DNA of 32,007 nt, taken from NCBI GenBank assembly GCA_964608895.1, contig CAZSPT010000003.1, forward strand, positions 1 through 32,007, given 5' to 3'. Within the stretch, counting starts at the first letter, position 1, and every line of letters starts with the position of its first letter. The stretch is from an uncultured Gammaproteobacteria bacterium (GTDB lineage Bacteria > Patescibacteriota > Patescibacteriia > 2-01-FULL-39-33). The position numbers and the translations under genes were made by a program. Shown here in pieces: positions 1 to 6,897 of this stretch. Under the pieces are notes generated by a model. It searched no databases. It saw only the letters and a program-made list of their open reading frames with translations, and was not told the DNA's origin.

Positions 1-712
1 CCCCGAAAGGCAACGGCGACTTCGGCTTTTTCCAACCGGCCGCCAAAAGAACGATTGCCACCGCCGCTCCCAGAAGATAAGCGGTAAACAAAGCAATAAT
101 TGCTCCTTTCCAGCCAACCATTAAACCGATTAAGGCGCCCAGCCGGAGATCGCCGCCGCCAATCCAACGCCCTCGGGAAAACAGGAATTGAACTCCGAAA
201 AAACCAAACCCGAGCGCCGCCCCCGCCAGAAGATCCAGCCAGCTCTTTCCCAGCAAAAGATTAAACAAAAAAGCAATTGCCATTGCCGGAAAAGTAATCT
301 TGTCTAAAATCTGATACCATCTAAGGTCATAGACAAAAATCACCGCCAAAATGGAAAGAAAAACCAAATTTCTCAGCCAATACCAGAAAATATTAAAATC
401 AGCCAAAAAAATCTCCGGCGAAGTTTCACCAAGAAGATTATAGGCGCTAAAAACGAACAATCCGCCGGTCGCCAACTCAACCAAAGGATATTGCCAGGAA
501 ATCTTCTTTCGGCAGTAGCGGCAGCGTCCTCTTTGAAGGAAAAAGCTGATTGCCGGAATTAAATCCCGCCAATTAAGATTTTGACCGCAGAAAGAGCATC
601 GCGAACGACTAAAAACAAACTTTTCGCCGGTCCTTAAACGACAAATCACAACATTAAGGAAACTGCCGACAATCATTCCAAGAATAAACAAAAAAAAGTA
701 AAACATAGTCAT
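1..712 (-). CDS. pilD: Prepilin peptidase (peptidase A24, PilD/GspO-like); C-terminus cut by window edge
   Basis: Not in the ORF track because it has no stop in the window. My translation of the minus strand from ATG 712-710 gives MTMFYFFLFILGMIVGSFLNVVICRL, then CSFCGQNL..(21 aa)..CRYCRKKISWQYPLVEL (the CxxC-x21-CxxC block typical of PilD). VYDLRWY and GGGDLRLG match the two catalytic Asp contexts of A24 peptidases. Hydrophobic helices continue to position 1. The ATG lies 2 nt after the stop of the upstream ORF. Confidence 0.8.
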   Translation of the reverse strand, partial: MTMFYFFLFILGMIVGSFLNVVICRLRTGEKFVFSRSRCSFCGQNLNWRDLIPAISFFLQRGRCRYCRKKISWQYPLVELATGGLFVFSAYNLLGETSPEIFLADFNIFWYWLRNLVFLSILAVIFVYDLRWYQILDKITFPAMAIAFLFNLLLGKSWLDLLAGAALGFGFFGVQFLFSRGRWIGGGDLRLGALIGLMVGWKGAIIALFTAYLLGAAVAIVLLAAGWKKPKSPLPFG

Positions 713-714
713 TA

Positions 715-1134
715 TCATTCGCCAGCTAAAACAATCCCCTGCTTGCTCAACTGATAATCGCCTGGCGGCAATCCGGCCGCTCCGGATTCCAAAGAAAAAT
801 AAATCTTAAAATCCTCTCGGGATAAATCTTTAACCAAATATTGAAACCGTCCCTGATTGATCGGATCAATTAATTCCCTAAAATCAAGTCCCGGCGAATC
901 AGGCCGGCCGCAGAAATTTATCAAAGAACCCTTTTGACAGTCCAGAAGCCGATAACTGTTAAATCTAAAAAAATAATCAGTCATTTTGGAGTGAATCACT
1001 TTAATATCGCCGAGACGCTGATAGTCGCGACTTTGGCCGAGATTAAAAAAATGCCACCAAACAACGGCCGTCAAAGCAATGACCGCTAAAATCAAATAAA
1101 TTATCACCTTAACCCGAAAACGAAGAAGTCGCAT
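715..1134 (-). CDS. Single-pass membrane protein with pilin-like globular motifs but no class III (prepilin) signal
   Basis: ORF track, 139 aa. It has an N-terminal hydrophobic helix (VIIYLILAVIALTAVVWW). SRDYQRLGDIKVIHSKM and DPINQGRFQYLV...FKIYFSLE resemble the conserved helix-end and DPxxxxxYxY...LE blocks of GspG/type IV pilin cores. There is no G/FTLIE motif and no Glu5. It is tightly coupled to pilD. Confidence 0.5.
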   Translation of the reverse strand: MRLLRFRVKVIIYLILAVIALTAVVWWHFFNLGQSRDYQRLGDIKVIHSKMTDYFFRFNSYRLLDCQKGSLINFCGRPDSPGLDFRELIDPINQGRFQYLVKDLSREDFKIYFSLESGAAGLPPGDYQLSKQGIVLAGE

Positions 1135-1145
1135 AATTTTTTTTT

Positions 1146-1154
1146 ATTATACCA
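1146..1154 (-). promoter_or_regulatory. Extended -10 element (TGgTATAAT on minus strand) for the 715..1134/pilD unit
   Basis: The plus strand reads attatacca at 1146-1154. Only 11 nt (1135-1145) separate the hexamer from the ATG at 1134, which implies a leaderless or near-leaderless mRNA. I see no good -35. Confidence 0.3.
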
Positions 1155-1164
1155 CAAATCAGGA

Positions 1165-1203
1165 AAAACAAAAACGCCCCTTTTAGAAAAAAGAGGCGTT
1201 TTC
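1165..1203 (-). terminator. Rho-independent terminator after the pilin gene
   Basis: The minus strand reads aaaacgcctctttt-ttct-aaaaggggcgtttt, a roughly 14-bp stem with one G-U pair, followed by tttttgttttt. It lies directly downstream of the pilin stop at 1220. Confidence 0.6.
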
Positions 1204-1219
1204 AAAAAGCAAGCAAAAA

Positions 1220-1603
1220 TTATTCACAGGCGGTGCCAGTCGGTCCAGTCGTAACTATTCCGGCAAAACCAGTGGAATCAGCGCAAAAATAACCATCTTC
1301 TTTGCAAAGGTCGCCATAGGCAACAAAACCGGTTGAATCAGAGTTTAGATTATAGTCGGTATCGTCACTGCAACTGGGAGGAGTCAAACTCGGCTCCACA
1401 TCGGTAATCGCTATGCTGGTATAATCACCGTCAGGATGTTCAGCTATTTGCCAATTTCTAAACTGGGTAAGATCGCTTTTAATCTGAGCGTCATAAGCAC
1501 TGTTCCTGGCGTTGGAATAAGAAACAACAGCCACTCCAGCCAAAATTCCAATAATAGCGATTACCACCAAAAGTTCAATTAAAGTAAAACCTTTTCTGTT
1601 CAT
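1220..1603 (-). CDS. Type IV pilin / pseudopilin with canonical prepilin signal
   Basis: [27 protein letters not shown] is a textbook class III leader: G|FTLIE with Glu5, followed by a hydrophobic alpha1-N helix. The 127-aa protein has four Cys in its C-terminal half and a reiterated DSTGF motif. It has its own promoter-like element and a strong terminator. Confidence 0.9.
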   Translation of the reverse strand: MNRKGFTLIELLVVIAIIGILAGVAVVSYSNARNSAYDAQIKSDLTQFRNWQIAEHPDGDYTSIAITDVEPSLTPPSCSDDTDYNLNSDSTGFVAYGDLCKEDGYFCADSTGFAGIVTTGPTGTACE

Positions 1604-1719
1604 AGAACTTTTTATTATTTATTATTTTTTTGTTTTTTTTACTCGAGTAAAAAAATCGACCTTTTAAAATTAATATTTAAATAAAATAATCCACAGCTTA
1701 CAATTTTAAACTTTTTCTT

Positions 1720-1748
1720 ATTATATCACAAAACATCTAAAAATTTAA
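1720..1748 (-). promoter_or_regulatory. Candidate promoter of the pilin gene (extended -10 TGaTATAAT, weak -35 TTAAAT)
   Basis: Plus strand attatatca at 1720-1728 is TGATATAAT on the minus strand. TTAAAT sits 17 nt upstream at 1743-1748. This would give an AT-rich leader of about 110 nt. Confidence 0.35.
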
Positions 1749-1755
1749 AATAAAA

Positions 1756-2544
1756 CTATTTTTTTTGTTTGAAAAATCCAGCGGCTCTTTTGGTTATTTT
1801 AGCGAAAAAACCGTTTTGCTTCTCGGTGTTTTTCCCAATCAGCCGGCCAAGCTCCTCTAAAAGAAGGCTGTCTGTTTTCTCCTTAATTCCTAAACCGGCC
1901 GGGATTTGGCGGGCGGCAACCATCGCTCTGATTTCGGCTCTGGCATCTTCCCAAGACCTTTTTTGAAAATAATTGCGTTCAACCAACTGAAAAAGACGAT
2001 TCCGAAGCCGGGTGATATTATTCAAAAGATCTGAACGGATCATTCCGGCAATTACTACCTGATTTTGGGAATTTTCCTTAAACTGATTAAAAATTCCAAT
2101 CAATTGATCAAAATCTTTCGCCCGGCTGATTGCCCGGCGGGCGTATTCCCGGGAATTTTCCCGAAACAGCCGCTTCATTTTTTCTTGAAGCAGTTCTTTC
2201 GCCCGCTGTTTTACTCCTTCGGGCTGGTCGGGAAGCTTAGTGAAAATCCGGGCAAAATTTCGGGCCGGTTCATCTTTTTCCCCGACAATTTCGGAAATAA
2301 TAACCGAATCAATATTTTCTTCTAAAAAATCGTCCAGTTCTTTCAGGCCATTTTTTAACTCTTTAGATTCAGCCGGAAGATTTTCCAAAATCTGCTCAAA
2401 ATCCAAATCAGGATTTTCAACCGGCTGTTCCAACCGGCGACTGGAAGATTCCAAGCGCTCCCGAGCCGATTTTTTTTCAGTTTTCAAAAACTGAGATTTT
2501 CCGATAAACGATTCTTGAGATTGTAATTCCGGAGAAACACCCAT
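1756..2544 (-). CDS. Hypothetical soluble, highly charged helical protein (262 aa) inside the pilus operon
   Basis: The ORF track gives 1756..2643, but its first 33 codons overlap pilC. The in-frame ATG at 2544-2542 (MGVSPELQ...) lies 4 nt after the pilC stop. There is no TM segment or signal peptide and I recognise no motif. Confidence 0.6.
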   Translation of the reverse strand: MGVSPELQSQESFIGKSQFLKTEKKSARERLESSSRRLEQPVENPDLDFEQILENLPAESKELKNGLKELDDFLEENIDSVIISEIVGEKDEPARNFARIFTKLPDQPEGVKQRAKELLQEKMKRLFRENSREYARRAISRAKDFDQLIGIFNQFKENSQNQVVIAGMIRSDLLNNITRLRNRLFQLVERNYFQKRSWEDARAEIRAMVAARQIPAGLGIKEKTDSLLLEELGRLIGKNTEKQNGFFAKITKRAAGFFKQKK

Positions 2545-2548
2545 ATTA

Positions 2549-3760
2549 TTAAAAATTACTTGAAAGCTGCCAAAGAGGCAGAAAGATGGCGGCGACAAAT
2601 CCGCCGACCGCCACTCCCAGAATAACGATAACAATCGGCTCAATCAAAACAGTTAAATTACTCACCTGATTGTCAATTTCTCGGGAGTAAAAATTGGTTA
2701 ATTTCTCCAACACCAACTCCAATTTTCCTGTTTCCTCGCCAACATTTATTATCTGGGAAACCAGCGGCGGAATGTCTTTACTGGCAACCAAACTGTCGGA
2801 AATTGAAGAACCTTCCCTGACTTCTCGAACCGTCTTTTGGAGAACCTCCTCAAAGACTCGGTTGCCAACCACTTTTTCGGCAGTTTCCAAAGCTTTGGCC
2901 GCCGGCACCCCTCCTTGAAACAAAGTGGCGAGATTTCTGGTGATTCTAACCAGATAAATATTCCGGAAAATTGAGCCAATCAAAGGCATCCGAATACTCC
3001 AAAGGTCAAAAATACGCCGGCCGGCTTCGGTTTTTTTAATCGCGACCGTCACTCCGACAACAAGCGCCAAAACCGCCAAAATAACCAACCACCAAAAATT
3101 ATTCAAAAAATTAGATATAGCAATAAGAATTTTGGTCAGTATGGGAAGTTCAGTCCCGGATTTTTCAAGCATCTCGGTCAACTGGGGGATGACAAAAGTA
3201 ATCATAACAAAACCGACTATTAGCAAACCAACAATAATCACCGAAGGATAAATCATGGCGTTCTTAACTTTCGCCCGGAGATCATAATCTTTTTCCTGCT
3301 GGTCGGCAAGATAATTCATTACTTCGCTCAACCGGCCGGAAGTTTCTCCCGAAGCGATGACATTAGTATAGAATTCGCTGAAAACCCGGGGATGGCCGCC
3401 CATCGCCTGGGAAAGCTTGGCTCCCCCATCAACCTCGTCGGCGATTGAAGAAATAACGCTCTTCAAATACTTGTTGCTTGTCTGACGGACGATGATTCTA
3501 AGCGACCTGACCACCGGCATGCTTGATTCCACCATTAAAGCCAGCTGGCGGAAAAAAATCACCAAATCTTTGGTTTTGACTCCGGTCAAAACTTCAATGT
3601 TGAATTTGTCGAAAAACCCTTTAGGTTTTGGAGCGATTGAAACAATCGCTAGTTTCTTGTTTTCTAAAAGTTCGGCAACCGCCTGTTCGTCGGCCGCTTC
3701 AACGACTCCTTCAATTGTTTCTCCGGCTTTGTTTTTCGCTTGATAAGAAAAAAGAGACAT
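2549..3760 (-). CDS. pilC: Type IV pilus platform protein PilC (GspF family)
   Basis: 403 aa. The GspF signature occurs twice (ASGETSGRLSEVM and VGEETGKLELVL), each followed by TM helices. This is the typical two-repeat polytopic architecture. Confidence 0.9.
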   Translation of the reverse strand: MSLFSYQAKNKAGETIEGVVEAADEQAVAELLENKKLAIVSIAPKPKGFFDKFNIEVLTGVKTKDLVIFFRQLALMVESSMPVVRSLRIIVRQTSNKYLKSVISSIADEVDGGAKLSQAMGGHPRVFSEFYTNVIASGETSGRLSEVMNYLADQQEKDYDLRAKVKNAMIYPSVIIVGLLIVGFVMITFVIPQLTEMLEKSGTELPILTKILIAISNFLNNFWWLVILAVLALVVGVTVAIKKTEAGRRIFDLWSIRMPLIGSIFRNIYLVRITRNLATLFQGGVPAAKALETAEKVVGNRVFEEVLQKTVREVREGSSISDSLVASKDIPPLVSQIINVGEETGKLELVLEKLTNFYSREIDNQVSNLTVLIEPIVIVILGVAVGGFVAAIFLPLWQLSSNF

Positions 3761-3766
3761 AAGCTG

Positions 3767-4153
3767 TTATTTCACCATTTTTTTTATTTTTTCAACCACT
3801 TCCGACGGCATAAAATGGGCTTTAATTAAATAATCGTCAGCACCCATTTCCAGACCTTTATCAACGTCGGATTTTTGACTTAAATTTGTTAAAAGAATTA
3901 CCGGAATATCTTGAAATTTCTTGCTCTCTTTTAGTTTTTCCAAAACGTCAAAACCGCTCATCTTCGGCAGGATTAAATCTAAAAGAATCAAATCCGGCTG
4001 CTTTTTTTTGATAATTTCCCAGCCTTTTTCGCCGTCATAAGCGACATAGACTTGAAAATCTTCCAACTCAAATTTCGTCCGGTACAAATCAGCCAAAAAA
4101 ACATCGTCTTCAACTATTAAAGTGGTAATTGTTTTTTGTTTTTTCTTAGCCAT
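3767..4153 (-). CDS. Stand-alone response-regulator receiver domain (CheY-like)
   Basis: The start is trimmed to MAKKKQKTITTLIVEDD (ATG 4153-4151), because the longer ORF would overlap pilB. Receiver motifs are present: acidic pair EDD, phospho-acceptor context LILLDLILPKMSG, LLTNLS, and Lys in DYLIKAH. There is no output domain. Confidence 0.85.
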   Translation of the reverse strand: MAKKKQKTITTLIVEDDVFLADLYRTKFELEDFQVYVAYDGEKGWEIIKKKQPDLILLDLILPKMSGFDVLEKLKESKKFQDIPVILLTNLSQKSDVDKGLEMGADDYLIKAHFMPSEVVEKIKKMVK

Positions 4154-4169
4154 TAAAAAATTATTATTT

Positions 4170-5969
4170 CTAAGACAATGGTTTGGAAACCGGCTTTTTA
4201 TCCGGTTTGGCTTCTTCGCCCTGCTGTTCCCTGATTTCTTCGGAAACCCGGACAATCTCTTCAATAGTCGTCACTCCCTGAACGGCCTTCAAAATTCCGT
4301 CTTGGGCAAGCCGAATATAGCCCTGACGATTCATCTGCTCAAGCGCGTCCTGATAGCTGAAATCCTTGGCAATCAGATTTTTGAACCGCTGGTCAATTTC
4401 CAAAACTTCGCTGACGACCGTCCGGCCGATGTAGCCGGTATTTTTACATTTTGAACAGCCTTGGCCGCGGTAGAATTTAAGTTTTCCTTTAAGCTTCTTG
4501 GCGAAATCCGGCGGCATTCTATCTATCTCTCCCTTAACTCTTTCTTCGGCTTTGGGAGAAATTTTGACTTCTTTCCGGCAATCAGGGCAAATTTTTCTAA
4601 CCAGCCGCTGTGCCATCACTAAATTTAAAGTTGAGGAAAGAAGAAACGGCTCAACTTGCATATCAAGGAGCCGGGGAACCGCTCCCCAGGCATTATTAGT
4701 GTGGAGAGTTGAAAAAACAAGATGGCCGGTTAAACCGGCGTGAATCGCCAGCTCGGCGGTTTCATTATCCCGAATTTCTCCAACCATGATAATATTGGGG
4801 TCTTGGCGAAGAATCGCCCGAAGACCCGAGGCAAAAGTATAGCCGATTTCCGGATTTATCTGGGACTGATTAACTCCTTCAATATAATATTCAATCGGAT
4901 CTTCCAAAGTGGTAATATTATTATCCTGGGCGTTAAGCATATTAAGAACGGAATAAAGGGTGGTAGTCTTTCCGGCTCCGGTCGGCCCGGTCAAAAGAAA
5001 CAGTCCGAACGGCTTTTTAATGTTGCGATCAATAATTTCAATGTGGTGGTCAAGGAAGCCGAGTTCGGCCAGAGTCGGCACTCCGGCCGAAGTGTCCAAA
5101 ACCCGCATAACCACTTTTTCATAATCCAAAGTCGGCAAAACCGAGACCCGCAAATCAATCTGGTGGTCGCCGACATTAGCCCGAATCCGGCCGTCTTGAG
5201 GCAACCGGGTTTCATCAAGCTTCAAATTGGCCAGCACTTTAATCCGAGAAACAACCGCGTTATAGAGATTGGGCGGCAGTGAAAGCGAAGAATGAAGAAT
5301 ACCGTCAACTCGGTAGCGAACTCGGCCGCCGCTCCGGCCGGGTTCAATATGGATATCAGAAGCTCCTCCTTCCAAAGCGTGCTTAATAATCACTGAAACT
5401 ATTTTTGCCACCGGAGCACTCTTAATCGCCGCCGTCAAATCTTTTTTACCCTGATTTTCAAGAACTTTTTCTTTTTCAGAAAACTTTACTTTGGCTGACT
5501 CCAAAGCGGTTCCGATTTCCTCTTTAAAACCCTGATAGCGCCGGGAAACTCGCTGAAAATCCCTTAAAGAAATGGCGAAAAATTCCGGCCTTAGGCCTTG
5601 TTGAGTCGCTAAAAACTCAATCGCTTCCCGAGCCTGAAAATTTCCGGGATTAACCAAGCCGGCCTTAAGCGCTCCTTCTTTTCGCTCAAAAACAACCATC
5701 TGATAGTTTTTAGCGACTTTCTGGCTCAGAGTGTTTAAAACCTCCGGAGAAATTTCCCGCTGGGATAAATCAGCCTTTTTCAGCTTGAAAATATCGGCTT
5801 TTGCCTGGGTTAATTTTTCTTCGGAAATCGCTTCTTCAGCCAGAAGAACTTCTTCCAAACTTTTACCGCTTTTAGATGTTTTGGCTTCGGCGGCGGTTAG
5901 AACTTTGGCGTCAATCAGCTTATTCTTTTTGAGAAAATCGTTTAATTTCCGATCAAGATTATTGACCAT
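4170..5969 (-). CDS. pilB: Type IV pilus assembly ATPase PilB (GspE family)
   Basis: 599 aa with an N-terminal GspE_N-like region. Motifs: Walker A GPTGAGKTTT, Walker B IIMVGEIRD, His box GHLVFSTLHTN, and the tetracysteine motif CPDC...CSKCKNTGY. Confidence 0.92.
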   Translation of the reverse strand: MVNNLDRKLNDFLKKNKLIDAKVLTAAEAKTSKSGKSLEEVLLAEEAISEEKLTQAKADIFKLKKADLSQREISPEVLNTLSQKVAKNYQMVVFERKEGALKAGLVNPGNFQAREAIEFLATQQGLRPEFFAISLRDFQRVSRRYQGFKEEIGTALESAKVKFSEKEKVLENQGKKDLTAAIKSAPVAKIVSVIIKHALEGGASDIHIEPGRSGGRVRYRVDGILHSSLSLPPNLYNAVVSRIKVLANLKLDETRLPQDGRIRANVGDHQIDLRVSVLPTLDYEKVVMRVLDTSAGVPTLAELGFLDHHIEIIDRNIKKPFGLFLLTGPTGAGKTTTLYSVLNMLNAQDNNITTLEDPIEYYIEGVNQSQINPEIGYTFASGLRAILRQDPNIIMVGEIRDNETAELAIHAGLTGHLVFSTLHTNNAWGAVPRLLDMQVEPFLLSSTLNLVMAQRLVRKICPDCRKEVKISPKAEERVKGEIDRMPPDFAKKLKGKLKFYRGQGCSKCKNTGYIGRTVVSEVLEIDQRFKNLIAKDFSYQDALEQMNRQGYIRLAQDGILKAVQGVTTIEEIVRVSEEIREQQGEEAKPDKKPVSKPLS

Positions 5970-5980
5970 GATGAATAAAA

Positions 5981-6265
5981 TTACTTAGGAGTAAAAGGAT
6001 TGCCTCGGCCGGGGCTTAAGGAAACCGCCTTAAGCGGCCATTCTCCGTACTGCTCAAATTCTTCATTAAGCCGGGAAATAATTTCGGCCCGCAAAGCAAT
6101 AATCCGCCGGCCGGCCTCCGGAAAAAACGACTCAAGGTTAGAATTTTCCAAATTGTCAGCCGACTGACTAATTGAATAAACACTGTAGCCGGCCGTCGCC
6201 AAAGCGACCACCGCCACTAAAGCAAGGATTAAATACTGGACTAATTGTTTTTTCTTGGCCGTCAT
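5981..6265 (-). CDS. Small single-pass membrane protein, possibly PilP-like
   Basis: The start is trimmed to MTAKKKQLVQYLILALVAVVALATAG (ATG 6265-6263, 1 nt after the pilO stop). It has an N-terminal TM helix and a C-terminal GRGNPFTPK that resembles the (D/N)PF motif of PilP-type proteins. Its position after pilO fits. Confidence 0.4.
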   Translation of the reverse strand: MTAKKKQLVQYLILALVAVVALATAGYSVYSISQSADNLENSNLESFFPEAGRRIIALRAEIISRLNEEFEQYGEWPLKAVSLSPGRGNPFTPK

Positions 6266-6266
6266 A

Positions 6267-6884
6267 CTATATTTTTGGATAATAATAAGTAGTAATTTCA
6301 AACTGGGAATTAGGTTCGGTTAACCCCAGCAAGAGTGAATTAACGTCAAAAAGCATAATACTTGATTCTAAGCCACCGAGCAGGCGCTTGAGCTGGGGAT
6401 AGCCGTCAGCAACCACTTTAGCTGAAATTTTAACCTTATTGATTCCGGAAATTTTGGGGCTAAAGCTTTCTTCGCCGGCTCGCTTTCTAACCGCTTCGGC
6501 CGGCTTGATTTCCAAACCGCTCAACTGACACCCATGGTTTTTGACCAACTGGCTGATTTGAATAATAATCGCCGGAACATCAAGTTTGGGCGGCAGAGCG
6601 AGATTAAGCAGACGAGCTTCGCTTTCAGAAAAATTTACCGGCGGCTCCTTGGCTAATTCAATCCGGCGCTCCTCCAGCCGAGCTAATTCCTTGTCCAGAC
6701 CATCCGTCTGCTGCTTAAGGGAGAATAAATTTTGAAACGGAGATTCCAAAATTAAAAAATAACCACCGGCCAAAAGTAAAACTCCAAGAAATCCGGACAA
6801 AAGAATCAAATAACGATTCAAAAAACCAGCAGTCAGTTTTTTGGTCTTGGTTTTTTCTTTTTTCGGTTGTTCTTGGTTAGTCAT
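6267..6884 (-). CDS. pilO: PilO-like pilus alignment protein
   Basis: 205 aa: a short basic N-terminus, one TM helix (YLILLSGFLGVLLLAGGYFLI), a coiled-coil segment (DGLDKELARLEERRIELAK) and then an alpha/beta domain. The call rests on gene order pilM-pilN-pilO. The sequence itself is weakly diagnostic. Confidence 0.6.
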   Translation of the reverse strand: MTNQEQPKKEKTKTKKLTAGFLNRYLILLSGFLGVLLLAGGYFLILESPFQNLFSLKQQTDGLDKELARLEERRIELAKEPPVNFSESEARLLNLALPPKLDVPAIIIQISQLVKNHGCQLSGLEIKPAEAVRKRAGEESFSPKISGINKVKISAKVVADGYPQLKRLLGGLESSIMLFDVNSLLLGLTEPNSQFEITTYYYPKI

Positions 6885-6897
6885 AGAAATGTATTGA

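Noticed and set aside
1756-2643. N-terminal extensions proposed by the ORF track for 1756..2643, 3767..4264, 5981..6301, 25403..25702 and 25821..26354
   Set aside because: Each extension overlaps the preceding gene or begins at a TTG with no SD. In each case an in-frame ATG lies immediately after the upstream stop or behind a good SD, so I trimmed the starts to 2544, 4153, 6265, 25669 and 26339.
4740-5282. 180-aa plus-strand ORF, with 4498..4743, 4991..5218 and 5731..5988, inside pilB
   Set aside because: These lie antisense or out of frame within a gene whose PilB motifs are unambiguous. The translations are low-complexity or Arg/Gly-rich, typical of shadow frames. No start signals are present.
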